Of a stretch of 64,000 bases of DNA, positions 37,001 to 52,000 are shown piece after piece. This stretch comes from Okamejei kenojei. Its lineage: Eukaryota. A program made the position numbers and the translations under genes. The stretch is taken from contig CM069153.1 in assembly GCA_035221665.1 (NCBI GenBank), positions 30,070,001-30,134,000 of the forward strand. The letters are read 5' to 3'. Below the pieces are notes generated by a model. It was not told the origin of the DNA and did not search any database. It worked only from the letters and a program-made list of their open reading frames with translations. The stretch's first letter is position 1. Each line of letters begins with the position of its first letter.

Positions 37001-40000
37001 ACAGGGATTGTTCAACGTACCATATAAAGAGGCAGGCCCATGCGGGTGCCCATAGCTACACCTTGGACTTGGAGGAAGTGGAGGAGTCAAAGGAAAAGTT
37101 GTTGTGGAAAGATTAGAATGTTAGTAGGTGGAGTAGAGTGTTAGGAGCTCTTATAGTGCTCTGGTCTGTTTAATTTAGTTAAATTTAGTGTAGAGATACA
37201 GTGCAGAAACAGGCCCTTCAGCCCCCAGCGTTCACACCGAACAACGATCCCCGCACACTAACATTATCCTACACACATTAGGGACAATTTCTAATTATAT
37301 CAAGCCAATTAACCTACAAAGCCGTCTGTCTTTGGAGTGTGGGCGGAAACCGGAGATCCCGGACAAAACCCACACAGGTCACGGGGAGAACATACAAACT
37401 GTACAGACAAGCACCCATAGTCTGGATCGAATCCTGGGTTTCAGGTGCTATGAGGCTGTTTAATATTTACAGAATCTAATGTTATCTCGAATATTTTTTG
37501 TCTATTTGCACCTTCATAGATTGTGGTCGTGAACCACTTCCTTGAGCATCTCTACACAATCCCTTTGTGTCTTTCCATCAAGAAAAACACATAGGGCTGG
37601 AGTGGCTCAGCAGGTCAGGCAGTGTCCCTGGATGATATGGATAGGTGATGTTTTGGGTTGGGACTCAAGAAGGTCCCAACCTTCAACTTCAATTCATGTT
37701 CTCCAGAGATGTTGCCTGGCCTGCTGAGTTACTCCAGCACTTTTTTTTCTCTTTGTAAACTAACATCTTCAGTTCCTTGTATTTCTTCCATCAATGATGT
37801 ATTCTCATGAGACTTGGTTTTACTCACAAAATATATGAACGCATTTAGACTTCACATTTTTATATATTTGCGTTTTAAATTTTAATAGGTCACTTCCATT
37901 ATTTTTAAATAGCATGCAACGTGCCTTCGAAGGCTGACCTTGAGGAACCACTGTTTTTAAAACATTACTAATTTTATCTCAAAGCATGGAGTTGAAGAAT
38001 ATTTTTGCTGCTGACATTGAACTATTTAGATAACTTACAAAGTTTATTCTCTCTGTTCTTGAACAAGGTTACTGAGGGGCTACTCATGGTTACTTTAACA
38101 TATTTAAGGTAGATTGAAAGAATGGAGCCTTCTCTGCGACCTCACTGCCCATTCCAAAACAGCCTGTTGACTTATCTGTCTTTATTGTTCAATACATTTA
38201 TAAATATTTCCAGAGTCTTAGCGAGGATTTAAGTTAAAAAAAAAACATCCTCCATTTGCCACTTAATCCTTCAAGGAAATGTATTGAGTTTAGACAGTGG
38301 ATCTGAGGTTGAATCTCTGCATCACAGCAAGACAAACTATATTCAGGTCCTGCTGGAGTAAAGATATGGCAGACAAAGTTTGCCGTTGCTACACCTCTGA
38401 TGGCAGGGGACTGTAGCCCAACACACTATCACAGCTGTTTCCCTTGCAAATGTGGACAAAAGATAAAAGTTCATACACAGAAGACTGATAATATATTATT
38501 GGTTAATGTTCCATTTAGCGTTCACAGAAGCTAGAGGTTGGGCAATATGTGGATTGTGGCCGCATGTTTATTTTTTGTTCAACTAAAAAGCTGCCTGTTT
38601 GCCTGACTTTTGTTTGGAAACTGCAAAATGTTCTCATTGAGGTTTGTATTGCTCCAGTGCTGTATCCCAGCACGATAAAATCACTTTAAGCTGGACAGCA
38701 ATATCACTTCACAAAAGAGGTTGAGTGCATTCAAACCAATGCAGGACAGGGGTTAGAACATTACAAACCAATGACTAAACTATTGTCTGAGCAGTCACTG
38801 TCACTGCGGCTAATGTTTAAGTCTCATTGTGTTCCAGGCAAGGAGCCAGAGTGGAGACAGGAAGGATCAACAACCGAGCAGTACATGAATGCTTCTTTAG
38901 ATTTTGCTCCCACTAGTGTTTAAGAAGGAACTGCAGGTGCTGCAAAATCGAAGGTAGACAAAAATGCCGGAGAAACTCAGCGGGTGCAGCAGCATCTATG
39001 GAGCGAAGGAAATAGGCAACGTTTCGGGCCGAAACATTGCCTATTTCCTTTGCTCCATAGATGCTGCTGCACCTGCTGAGTTTCTCCAGCATTTTGTGTA
39101 CCTTGCTCCCACTAGTGTTACTCGATGGATCACGAAGCACTGTCCCTTGGGGGCAGGATGTCTACACTGGTTTCTATAATTGGGTGTGACTGCCAGAATA
39201 TCTCCACAAGTGCAGGACTCCCATATCGTTTGCAGAAAGAGAGAGAATTCTACACTTACCTCACGCTTTGTGTGAAGAAGTGTACCTTTTCCCGTGAATG
39301 ACCTGGGTCTGTTTTTTTCAGGTTACTTGCTCTGAATTAGGTAAGCATTTGATGAAAGGTGATGAGATTTAATTGGGTTTATTGCAGAGATCTCCCTCAT
39401 TTTCTGCTCTCAAGCTGTTAAATCAAATGTTGGGTATGGAATGGCCTTCCAGTTTACCCACATGCCAGTGACAACACTGGCAGCATCCCCAATAACGTTG
39501 ACACAGTCGCATTATAATCAAGGCGCTGATGTCATTACTGGATCGAGTCAATCAACAGTCTCTTTAAACACTTTTCACTGACTGGTTAGCACGCAAAAAA
39601 AATCTTTTCACTGTACCTTGGTACACGTGACAATAAACTACACTAAACTAAATGTTCACAAATGCAATTGGACAAAAATCCAAATCTTGACACCACCACT
39701 CAAAATAATGTGGTAGAGTTATCTGTAGCTCTTTCTCATCCAACAAGAAATGCTTGACATTAATCCCTACAAGCTTACAATCCTATGAGTTTACATTTAG
39801 CAAAACTTCAACAATTCTATGAGCTTACACTTAGCAAAACCTCAACATCATTGTTCACAGTAGATTTGTACTCGAAGCTGTGAGTATTACCTTGTAGCCT
39901 TGGTTAATCCCATTAATAAATTGCGGGCTGGGTGGGGTCCACATGAATCGAATGGTTGTGGAATTAATAGCCGCAGCGCGCACGTTTCCTGGAGGCACTG

Positions 40001-43000
40001 TCGGAACTGGAAGAACCAAAGATAACTTCAGGTGGGTTACACAAGACGAGAGATCAATGGGAAGAAACCCTTGCTTCAAGACAAATCATTTGTGCAAACA
40101 CAAGAACAAATCCTTTGTTGACCACTTCTGATTTTAATTTTTTATTCTGTTTAAGTCGGAGTGCATCAAATGGCATGCTCCTACACTGTATTTACCTTGA
40201 ATTTGTAGCTTAGAACTGCAAATAGCTTCCATTGTTGTTGCATTTTGTTAAACAAAATAAGGGAAAATTGATCGGTATCAATATCTTTATTTTAGAGATA
40301 CAGTGTGGAAACAGGCCCTTCGGCCCACATCGTCCAGTGATCCCCGTACACTAGCACTAGCCTACACACTAGGGACAATTTCTAATTTTACCAAAGCCAA
40401 TTAACCTACAAATCTGTACGTCTTTGGGATGTGAGAGGAAACCAGAGCACCCGGTGGAAACCCAGCCAGTCACAGGGAGAAGGTACAAATACCATACAGA
40501 CAGCACTTGAGGTCAGGATCAAACCTGGGTCTCTGTAGCTGTGAGGCAGCAGCTCTACTGCATTTTGCAAGACATCACACATTCACTGGCAGAAGGAATA
40601 ACAGAGTTAGTGTAGCTTCCACTGAATTTGTTAGATGTGTCTCTTTCTGTACTTTAAGGTATTTTTCTATGGTATGACTTTCTCCATCTAAGAGTGCAAG
40701 AAAGTCGAGGCCACACATATATCTGTCGTCCGCACAGTCTCTGTGATGGTATGCACTGCTGCAGGCAAAAACCACATTTACCATTTTTTTATGTTTTAAA
40801 TAGTTTTGTACGTTTTTGTTACTTTATTAACTTAGAAATTGGTGTTCAGAAAACTGTAAGGGGAGAGATGTTATGTTGATGTAAAAAAATTGACTAATTG
40901 ACTAAAATTGACTTAGCATATTTTCTAATTGATATGTTTCATAATCAATTAAGCGTTGATTATACTTAATTTGCTACTGATTACTTTTAATTGATTGAAA
41001 GAAAGCTGAGGTTTATTTTGTATAGATAGATCTAGCTCTAAGGGCTAAAGGCATCAAGGGATATGGGGAAAAAGCAGGAACGGGGTACTGATTTTAGATG
41101 ATCAGCCATGATCATATTGAATGGCGGTGCTGGCTCGAAAGGCCAAATGGCCTACTCCTGCACCTATTTTTCTATGTTTCTCTGCAAGGAAAGCACAGCA
41201 CAGAAGCAATCAGTGGTCGGCAGCATAACAAGTAATCAGCCGCTGCTCCTGGATCTTGATACCTTCACGGTCCAGCACCCATTAACCTGCCTCCTTCTAG
41301 AAGGAATTACTTACCCCCTTGCAGGGTCCACTCAGTGACTGTGGGGCTGTAGATTCCCAGCCCCGCCCCATTGTACGACGCCACAGCTATCTCATAGTTA
41401 GTCCAGATGATGAGGTCTTCAAGTAGGAAGTTGTTAACATCGGAGCTGGTGATGTTCCTGTACTGGTGTGCCACGGGCAGGCCTGCCAAACAGTACCTGC
41501 AGAAAGAAGAATCGTCATCATTATTGCCCTGGTTTCTTTCAAATACTCCATCCACACTAGTGTGCACAAAGGACACAAACTATAATCATGAATAGCAATC
41601 CACTAAAAAAAGATATTTCGGAACAGCAAATGTGAAAACATCTGTAAGAGTTTTGCATTCACCACATTCTGCATACAACGTTTTCAGGAGAACTAAGACG
41701 AACATCCGCAAAAACACAAAACATAACAATTGAAAACTCCAGTGTTGGTAAAGAAAGCTAATGTTGAACACCAAACTAAAGACATGAGGTAACAATACCT
41801 CTGTAATTTATTGTTGCTGTGGTTTCAAACATCTGGCATAATTTTGTCTTGATTGCTGTTTGCTGCAACCTTTTGAATGAATGATAGATACAGCATGGAA
41901 ACAGTCCCTTCGGCCCGCCGGACAACTAGTTCTATGTTATCCCACTTACGCATCCACTCCCTACACACTAGGGGGAATTTACAGAGGACCAATTAACCTG
42001 GAAACCCGCACGTCTTTGGGATGTCGGAGCAAACCGGAGCAAGCCCACACGGTCACAGGGAGAGCGTGCAAACACCACACAGACAGCTCCTGAGGTCAGG
42101 ATCGAACCTGGGTCTCTGGCTCTGTGAGACAGCAGCTCTACCCATTATTTTTTACTGTGAGTGGACAAATGCACAGAATATGCTGCCTTTGTGATGTGAG
42201 CTGCTTTCCCCCAGGTATGACAGCGGGGAAGGACAGTGCTGAGCGGTACCTGATGATGTAGCCCTTCAGTGCGCCGTTCTGCTGGTTTTCCGGGGGTGGT
42301 TGCCACTGAATCATGATGGACTGATTGGTTCTGCCGCTGGCAATGACATTCTGGGGAGAGGCGCTCGGTGGCTCCTCCGGCAGTGAGAGCCTGCAGGCGG
42401 TTGCCCATTCAGTGTGAAAGACAGAACATCAATCATCAGAATACAAAGTTAACTCAATGCAAAACAATAAAAGTCAGGTGTGTCCAACATGCTATGACTT
42501 CTACTCATGACTTCATTATAGTTTAAGAATAGAGTCATGGTCATACAGTGTGGAAATAGGCCCTTCAGCCCAACTCATCCATGACGACCAAGATGCCCCA
42601 TCTAAACTAATTCCATTTGCCCGCGATTTCCCGCATACCTCTTAATCTTTCCTATCCATGTACCTGTCCAAGTGTCTTTTAAATGCTGTTATAGTACCTG
42701 CCCCAACTACTGTACCTTCTCTGGCAGCTCGTTCCATAGACGCATGACCCTCCGAGTGAAAATGTTGCCCCTGAGGTTCCTATTAAACCTTTCCCATTTC
42801 TACTCAAACCTATGTCCTCTGGTTTCTCCAAATGATGTAAAACTGACTACAGTACAGCGCAGGAACAGGTCCTTCATCCCACAATGTCTGTGCGAAACAA
42901 GATGTTAAATTAAGCAAATCACAAATAGGCCAGTACATGATCCACATTCCTCCATTCTCTGCAAATCCATGCGCCTATCGAAAAGCCTCTTAAGCACCAC

Positions 43001-46000
43001 CAACGTATCTACCTCCTCCACCACTCCTGACAGCGCATTCCAGGCACTCACCAACCTCTGTGTAAAAACTTGCCCTGCACATCTTTAAACTTTGCCCCTC
43101 AACTTAAAGCTATGCCCTCTAGTCTTTGACATTTCCACCCTGGGGAAAATGTTCAGACTGCCTACCCTATCTATGCCTCTCATACTTTTATACATGATGA
43201 TGGTACAATAGTAAGGTGATCAATTGTGATGTGCAGAGAATCTTTGCGATTGCCTTGGATGTCAGAGATCATATCAATATAACCAAGGCTTTATTTGTAG
43301 ATAAGAAGCAACCGGTATGCAGACTCTTCCATGTCGTAGAGTCACAGAATCATACAGAATGGAAACAGCCCTTCAGCCCAACTTGTTCCTGTTGACCAAC
43401 AATCCCATCTGCACTAGTTCCACCTGCCTGTGTTTGACAGGTGTGACTGGTGTCCCCTTACTGTTGGTGTCTCTGTCTAATATTCCCAGCTGTTGGTGTC
43501 TCTATCTAAGACTCCTAGCTATTGGTGTCTATGGCAGGTCATCATCCTATAAGATGCTTAACCTGTTGAAGAACCTGACTACCTAATTTATGCAATACAT
43601 TTTACTTTTAAAATCTTACTAATCTTTTTGTAATATTTAAAAAATCTAAAACGTGAAAATCAAATGTTCTAACTGATTAGAGATGCAGGTATGACGTAGC
43701 ATCACAATTAATATCGACATTTACAGTATGATGAATATGTAAGTTATAGATTGAGAGTGAATGAATATGTAAGTTATAGATTGTGAGTACAGCACTGGGC
43801 ACAGGCCTTACCTCTCTGTCTCTCTGCTGTACTGCCCCCTGCCAACATCGTTCAAGGCACAGATACGGAACTGGTAGGACCGGGCTGGAATGAGTCCTCT
43901 GACAGTCAGACCCACAGATTCCGGGTTGATGCTCATCAGGTGAACCGTCCAAGGGGAATCTTCAGCAAAAAAGATACGTTTCTTCTGAAAATGGTTATTT
44001 CACTTCAAGGCAACAACAAGATTAACATTCAAATGCTCGTAAACTCTGATACAATTGGGCAAATGAGAAGGAGCAATGATTGGGCAGAGCAAAAAAAAAA
44101 GGAGTCATAACTTTGCTGAGTGACTAAATTAAAAAAATAAAATAAAAATCCAGCATCTGCAGTTCCTTCTTTAACACAACTTCTAGTTTTATTCTTCTTT
44201 TAACACCGAAGACAGGGAAGTTACTTCACTGGTACCTTCAGCATTATCACGGCCTCAGACGCCAGTGAGTGGGCAGCAGTGGGAGTAACTGTTGACAAAA
44301 ATGATGAGAGACACGGTGGAAAGTATGAGGTTAGAGGACACACTGGTTGAAAGAAAAGGGGTTCTCAAACATTGCTGTCTATGAGGAACCGGGGAGCAGT
44401 GTTTGTCCGTCAGTACATACTACACGATCACTTGCAACACATTTACCTTCTACTTCCCAAAGCATAGGCATTATTGCATTTAAAAGATAGACACAAACTG
44501 CAGGAGTAACTCAGCGGGACAGGCGGCATCTCGGGAGAGAACGAAGGGAGGATGCTTCGGGTCAAGAGACCCTTCTTCAGGCCAGAAACATCACCCATTC
44601 CTTCTCTCCAGAGATGCTGCCTGTACCGCTGAGTTACTCTAGCATTTTGTGTCTATCTTCGGTTTAAGCTAGCATCCGCAGTTACTTCCTAACAATATAC
44701 AAGTTTCAATTTAGTTTATTAGTTTTAGTTTAGTTTAATATTGTCACTTGTACCAAGGTGCAGTGAAATGTTATTTGTTGTATGCTAATCAGTCAGTGAA
44801 AGACTATACCTGATTACAATCAAGCTGTCCACAGTGTACAGATGCAGGATAAAGGGTAAAGTCAACTCTCGAGTCTGATGAATGAGCACTGAGATTACAT
44901 TTCCAACAACAATGTGTATTGGTCTCTTTTATTTGCTACTTGGAAAAGTAATTAGTCACATCTCGATTCCTGGCTGGCCACGGGAAGCAGGAGGCAATAC
45001 TGTTCTGGTCAGGAGATCCCGGAGGTGAAAACTACACCACCTCCGGAGGGGAAACTGCAGCAGAGGTGACAATCAGAGCAAAAAAATGGTGATATCCGTA
45101 ACTTCAGTTGGAGCAGGGTTGGTTGATGCTGCATCTCTAATGTAAACTAAACTGATCCGTTGCCTAATCTAGTGCAAGGTTGCATGGCTGCCCAAGACAG
45201 TCACATTTACTTCACCATTGCTTTTGCTCTCCTGCTCGCTCACTCCCAATCTTTGGGATTTTCTTTCGTCTGATTCACCAAAGCCATTTTGTGGAACCTT
45301 TTGGCCATTCTAATCATCTACTTGAATTCATTCTTCACCTCTTTATATTCTTCAAAAGCCCTGTCTGATTCCACCCTCCAATACTCTGCATGCATTCCCT
45401 TTTTTCTTTTTGACCAAATTTACGACCTCTTTGGTCATCCATGGCCTACCGTACTTTGCCATCCTTATTCCTCCTCAGTGAAACATGCCAGTTCACAACG
45501 TGACCAACTGGTTGTGAAACATCCCAACAAGTCAGATGTAGACTCATCCAATAACTTCTGCTCCCAGTTTACCTTCTGATGATCCTGCCTAATCACCTGT
45601 AGTTTGCCTTACTCCAATTTAGTACTTTGCCGTAAGCTTCATCTTTCATTCTATTCACAATCTTAAAACCTATGGATACAAGGAACTACAGATGTGATTT
45701 ACTAAGAAAGACACAAGTGCTGGAGTAACTCAGTGAACATACTGAGACCGCTGCGTTACTCCAGCACTTTGTGCCTTTACAACGTATGGTGTTCACTAGT
45801 GACAAACAGCTCTTAGCAGCGGGCTGGGATGCTCCCGCCAGCAGGCCCACAGGGTGCCCGCCCTTACGGGGAAGCCGGCGCAGAGCTAGGTGGTCAGTCG
45901 AAGCCCCGAGGTTGAGTCAGGCCGAGGACGAGGTTGAGTCGGAGCCTTGAGATCGGGCCATGGACAAGGTTGGGTCGGGACGAGGAGGGAGCCACGGGGT

Positions 46001-49000
46001 TGAGCCAGGCCTAGGACGAGGTCGGGCCACAAAGTGCTGGAGTAACACAGGGCGCTCAGTATGTTCCCTGGCCCACTGAGTTACTCCACCACTTTTTTGT
46101 CTTTCTTTGTAAACCGCATCTGCAGTTCCTTGTATCCATAAGCTTTAAGACCGTGAATCGAACGAAGGATGGACCTTGGGCCGGCCACATCGCCAAGAAC
46201 AAAGGGGGACCCGGCATGCGGGGGATATCGAGAACAAAGTGGGACGAAGAAGGGATTGTACATTTGTTGGCGCCACAATGGCGACTCTTTTGTGCACTTT
46301 GTTTGCAAAAACAAAGAATTTCACTGCACCTAGGTAGGTACAGGTGACAGTAAAGTATCATCATCTTCCACTGAAACAGCAGGCACCAGGCCATGTTGCT
46401 GGCCACAGCTGCAGTGGAGGGCAGGCGAGGTTACCCTCGTGCCCTACGGTCTATGCTGTGGGCTAAGATCACCAAGTAATGCCGCGTAATCAGGTTTTAC
46501 CACAAGCGAGGTCGAATACGGGTTACACAGATCCACAGAGAAATGCATCATAAATCCGCCGTTTAAATAAGCTTTAAGGCAAGGAATTATCACTTACATT
46601 TGAACTTTTCACATAAATGTAATAAAACTAGTTTACAGCAGAAACAAATGAGAGTGAGATTTAACATTGCCTCTCATCGATCATACATTGATGTGATAAT
46701 GGCTTTCTGCACCACACCCATTTGGTATTCCACACTCACTTCATATGCTGTTGCTGGAACGTGATCGGAAAGCTGTGAAATTTACCTGTTCTCAATTAAC
46801 CTCAGGTGATAGGAAACAGGTAGAGCCATTATTTAACCTCCTGTTCTCCAGGGGTGCTGCCTGATCTGTTGAGTTACTCCAGCACTTTGTGTCTTTTTTT
46901 GTAAACCAACATCTGCAGTTCCTTGTTTCTTCAAAACTATTATTGCTCCCTGATGAAGATTAACACGTCAGTGTGCAATGTGTGACGATCACTGATGTTA
47001 TTCACTGGGTCTTCATTTTGATGCATTATAATCCCAACTTTTCAGCTTCAATTACATGGAGAAATGAGGAAATGCAGGTGTGCATTAACAAAAAAAAAGA
47101 CACCAAGTGCTGGAGTACATCAGTGGGTCAGGCAGCATCCCTAGAGAATTGGGCACGTTGACACTGCTGGTAGAGGTACTGCCTCATAGCACCAGAGTCC
47201 CGGGCTCGATCGAGACGCTGGGTGCTGTCTGTGTGGAGTTTGCACATTCTTCCTGAGACCGCATGGGTTTTCTCCGGGTGCTCCACTGTCCTCCCACTGA
47301 AGATGTACAGGTTAATTTGGCTTCGGTAAAAATTGTAAATTGTGTATGAGGATTGCTGGTCAGTGTGGAATCGGTGGGTCGAAGGGCCTGTTTCCACGCT
47401 GTATCTCAAGATTCAAGATTCAAGAGAGTTTATTGTCATGTATCCCAGATAGGACAATGAAATTCTTGCTTTGCTTCAGCACAGCAGAACATGGTAGGCA
47501 TGAATACAGAACAGATCAGTGTGTCCATATACCATTGTATAAATATATACACACATCAATAAATAAAACAGATAAAGTGCAAATAAACTGATAATGGGCT
47601 ATTAATGTTCAGAGTTTTGTTTGAGTAGAGTTCAATAGCGTGATGGCTGTGGGGAAGAAGCCGTTTCTGAACCTGGATGTTGCAGTGTTCAGGCTCTTGT
47701 ACCTTCTACCTGAAGGTAGCGGGGAGATGAGTGTGTTGACTCCAAACTAAACTAAACTAAATAAATCCAAACAGAGTCAAGGCATCATAGTCATTGTTTC
47801 AACTGGGTTGCTTAAGGGAGTTTCACACTTAGAAATTCTACAATTCATTACCAATGATAAAATAAAATAAAGATTATTTTCATTTTCATTTTACCAAAAA
47901 GCTCTGCGATCTACTACTACGATAATGGCGTGTATTCTTAATAACGTTGTTAAGAACTCACTGTTCTCGGACACCTCCAATACGTAGTGCAGCAGGGGGC
48001 TGTTGCCATCGAAGGCCTTCGCCCAAGTCAGGACAATGGCTCTCTTCTCACTGGTGCTCAGTTGGGCAGCCAGGTTCTCGGGCGCGTGGGGCAGCTGTCT
48101 GCAGGTCACACAAGAGGAGAGTCAAATCACAGTGTGGGTTGCCCACCAACCTGCAGATCTATTCAATGGGAATTTAATGGTTCAATGGGACTTTATTGCT
48201 ACATGTAACGAGGTACAGTGACATTCCTTTTTGCATACAGTTCACAATGTATTACTACACATAAACACATCTTAGATACAGTGCAAGTGTATAGAAATAG
48301 TAGACTGTGACAGCATACAAGAGTCGCCAGGTTTGGCACCATTTTGGGTTAAAGAGAGCTAAGAAGGCGCCCACGCCAGGTGACTCTTTGCGTGCTGGTC
48401 ACAGAAGTGGATCTGAAAGCACGCATCACAATCTAAAATGTTCAAGTCCCAGCTGTTTGCAAGTGTAGAGTTTCTTAACCTGAGCACGAAGGCCCGTTGT
48501 CCTGCAGGCGTTGCAGGGTTGGCCTGGCCAGGTGTGTCATGGTCATCATGGAGTCTGACTTACTCTGGCTGTCTCTGAGTCTTACAGTACACAAGACCAA
48601 TAAACTCAAAGTGAAACACAGAACCTTTATCCCAATGACATGCTGATTGTGGCTCAGTCTTGTGCTCCGATACTGAATGCAAATCTGTGTTGATTCGTAA
48701 TGAAGCATTAAGCTGCATGAAAACATCTCTACAGCACAAAACCAAAACACAAAGTGCTGGAGGAACTCAGCGGCTCAGGCAGCGTCTGTGGAGGACATGG
48801 AAAGGCAATGTTTTGGGTTGGGACCCTTCTTCAGACAGATCATCTGAGGATGGTTCCTGACCCAAAACGTTTCCTGTCCCTTCCCTCCACGGATGCTATT
48901 GTGTTCCTCCAGCACTTTGGTTCAAGATTCCAGCATCTGCAGGTCCTTGCATCCTCAACCGCATGAAGCCTTTGCATGATAACTGGTAGAGTTGCAGCTC

Positions 49001-52000
49001 ATAAGATTGCTGTTTGCCTCGGTGTAATCAATGCATTCACATTTTCCTCAAGTCCTGAATTAGGTTGGGGTTTAATTCCATCGGGTTGCCCCAGGTTAGC
49101 TTGTCTGTAGAGGGGGTGTCGTAGCCCGAGCACTTTAAGACTGGTCCCACACACTGGTTCACTTACCTCACTCTGACGTGTGCATTCCGAGAGTCATTCC
49201 CCCCTACTGAGAGCACCTTGCAGGTGTACAAGCCGATATCTCCTGACCAGGTCTGTGAGATGTACAACGTCCCCACCTCATCAATCCGCATACGTGGGAT
49301 GGCATCCACATCTATCGTAGCCCCGTTCTTCTGCCACATGTGCCTGTACACAAGAGAGCACCCCATCATTGTCATCATCGAATGGCACACCGAACACATG
49401 AGACCATTGGACGTTACTGGATTTTATCTTGCAATAAAAATTGTTCCCTTTATCCTGTCTCTGTACACTGTGGACAGCTTGAGTTTGAATTTGAGTTTAG
49501 TTTATTGTCACATATACCGAGATACAGTGAAAAACTTTTGTTGCCTGCTAACCAGTCAACGGAAATACAATACGTGACTACAATCGAGCCGTTCACAATG
49601 TACAGATACATGATAAGGGGAATAACTTGAATAACGTTTAGTGCAAGATAATATCAGTAAGGTCCGATCCAAGATAGTCTGATGGTCTCCAGTGAGGTAG
49701 ATAGTAGTTCAGGACTGCTATCTAGTTGTTGATAGGATGGTTCAGTTGCCTGATAACAGCTGGGTAGAAACTGTCCCTGGATCTGGAGGTGTGCGTTTTC
49801 ACACTTCTATACCTTTTGCCCAATGGGAGAGGGGAGAAGAGGGAGCGGCCAGGGTGGCAACTTGTCCTGGATTATGCTGGTGTCCTTGCTGAGGCAGTGT
49901 GAAGTATAAATGGAGTCAATGGGTCGTAATCATGTAGTCTTTCGCCGACTGGATAGCATGCACCAAAATGCTTTTCACGGTACCTCGGTGCATGTGACAG
50001 TAATAAACTAAACTAATCATAATACATAGGAACAGAATTAGGCAAATCGGCCCATCGAGTCGGCCCCACCATTTGATCATGGCTGATCTTTTCTTCTATC
50101 TCAACCCCACTCTCAAGCGGGCAAGGTCACCAGAGGTTGCTGTTTAGGTCTCCTAAGTGGGACGAGGGCAGATATGTGGATTGGTTGGAGAGCAGTGGAC
50201 TTGGCAGCCACGGCCAGCTGTAGCGGGGATGGCGGTAGCAGTCCCATGGGCATACCTGATGGCAACATTGGGGTCATGGGTCACACCACAGGTCAGTAAG
50301 GCCATGGTCCCTTTGATCACGCTCTGGTCCTGCGGCGGATTTGTGATCCGTGTTCGTGCTGTAAAAGAGGAGGGAGAGCGCGTCACACTGCCGCTTCCAT
50401 TGTTAGTAAGTATTCCTTTCCACAGGCAACAGGATGGCCCACGTTCGGGTCAGAGAAAGGCAACTTTGCCGAGGCCATGTGGGACACTCTCTCACATCCT
50501 GGGGACCTGCCGGTTTTGAGCAGTGTCTCACAGCGACTTTGGATGTACTCTTCAGCTAGCGTCAGGCAATAATGGGGAACGTTTCATGTGGAGCCAGCAA
50601 CTGCACGGACATTTAATCTTATCCCCCGCTTCCCAGAGACAGAACTTCACACGGAGAGGTAGAAACCAAGAACTGCAGATGCTGGTTTATATCTAGGATA
50701 GACACAAAGTACTAGAGTAACTCAGCACGTCAGGCAGCGTCTCTGGAGAAAATGAATAGGTGGCGTTTCGGGTCAGACCTTCTTATCCTGGCATGGTTCC
50801 TGACCCACTGAGTTACTCCAGCATTTTGTGTCTGTCACACACGGAAAGATACTGGTCTGTTTTGTGCCTTGATCTCTAGAACCCCAGGAGTTGTGGGAGG
50901 GGTCACGGCCCCTGACCCACGGCACGGCTCTCTCCTGCCTCCCTCAGTGAGTCCATGCTCGCAGCACATATATGCCGCAAGTCCCCTGAGCCGGCTCTCG
51001 CTCGCCAAGGGACCACCCCACCCTGCCGCTGACGAGCACTGACAGACAGTTCTCCACGGTCTGGGAGTGTAGTCATAGAGTCATGCAGCACGGAAACTGA
51101 CCCTTCGGCCCAGCTTGCCCATGCCGACCAACATCTCCCATCTACACTACTCCTACCTGCCAGCATTTAGCCCATATTTCTCTAAACCTTTCAAATCCTG
51201 TCCAAATGTATTTTAAATATAGTTATAGTTTCTGTCTCAACTACCTCCTCAGGCATTTCATTCCATATACCCACTGCCCTCTGTGTTTAAAACGTTGCCC
51301 TTCAGATTCCCATTAAATCTTTCCCCACTCACCTTAAACCTATTTCCTCTCGTTCCCGATTGCCCTACTTTGGGTAAAGGATTATGCGCATCTTCCTATC
51401 TATTCGCCTCATGATCTTATACATCTCTATATCATCCCCTCTCATCCTCCCACGATCCAAGAATTACTGTCCTAGCCTGCCCAACCTCTCCCTGTAATTT
51501 AGACCCTCAGGTCCTGGCAACATCCTCATAAATCTTCTTTGCACTCTTTCCAGCTGACAAACACCATTCCTACTGAACATGGTAGAAAAACTGTAACGCA
51601 CCAGCACCTGCACAGCTGGAACTTAACATCCCAACTTCTGTACTCAATACCCTGATTGATGAAGGCCAATGGGCCGAAAGCCTTCTTGACCACCCAATCT
51701 ACTTGTGATGCTACTTTCAAGGAACTACGTAGCTGTAGTCCTAGATACCTCTGCTCTACAACATTCCCCAGATGCCTGCCATTCACGATGTAGATCCTGC
51801 CCTGGTTGGACTTCCCAAAATACCACACATTCATCTGAATTAAATCAGTACAGGCAATTGAAGCTTTCAGAGCAAATTAATATTTGCCGATGTCTCTGAC
51901 ATTCACGGGAACTTGTTGAAAGACCCGTCAGCATAATTACACATAAAAAAAAAATATTAATGTTATTCCCAATTTTAGAGTCATTAAAACAAAAACATTT

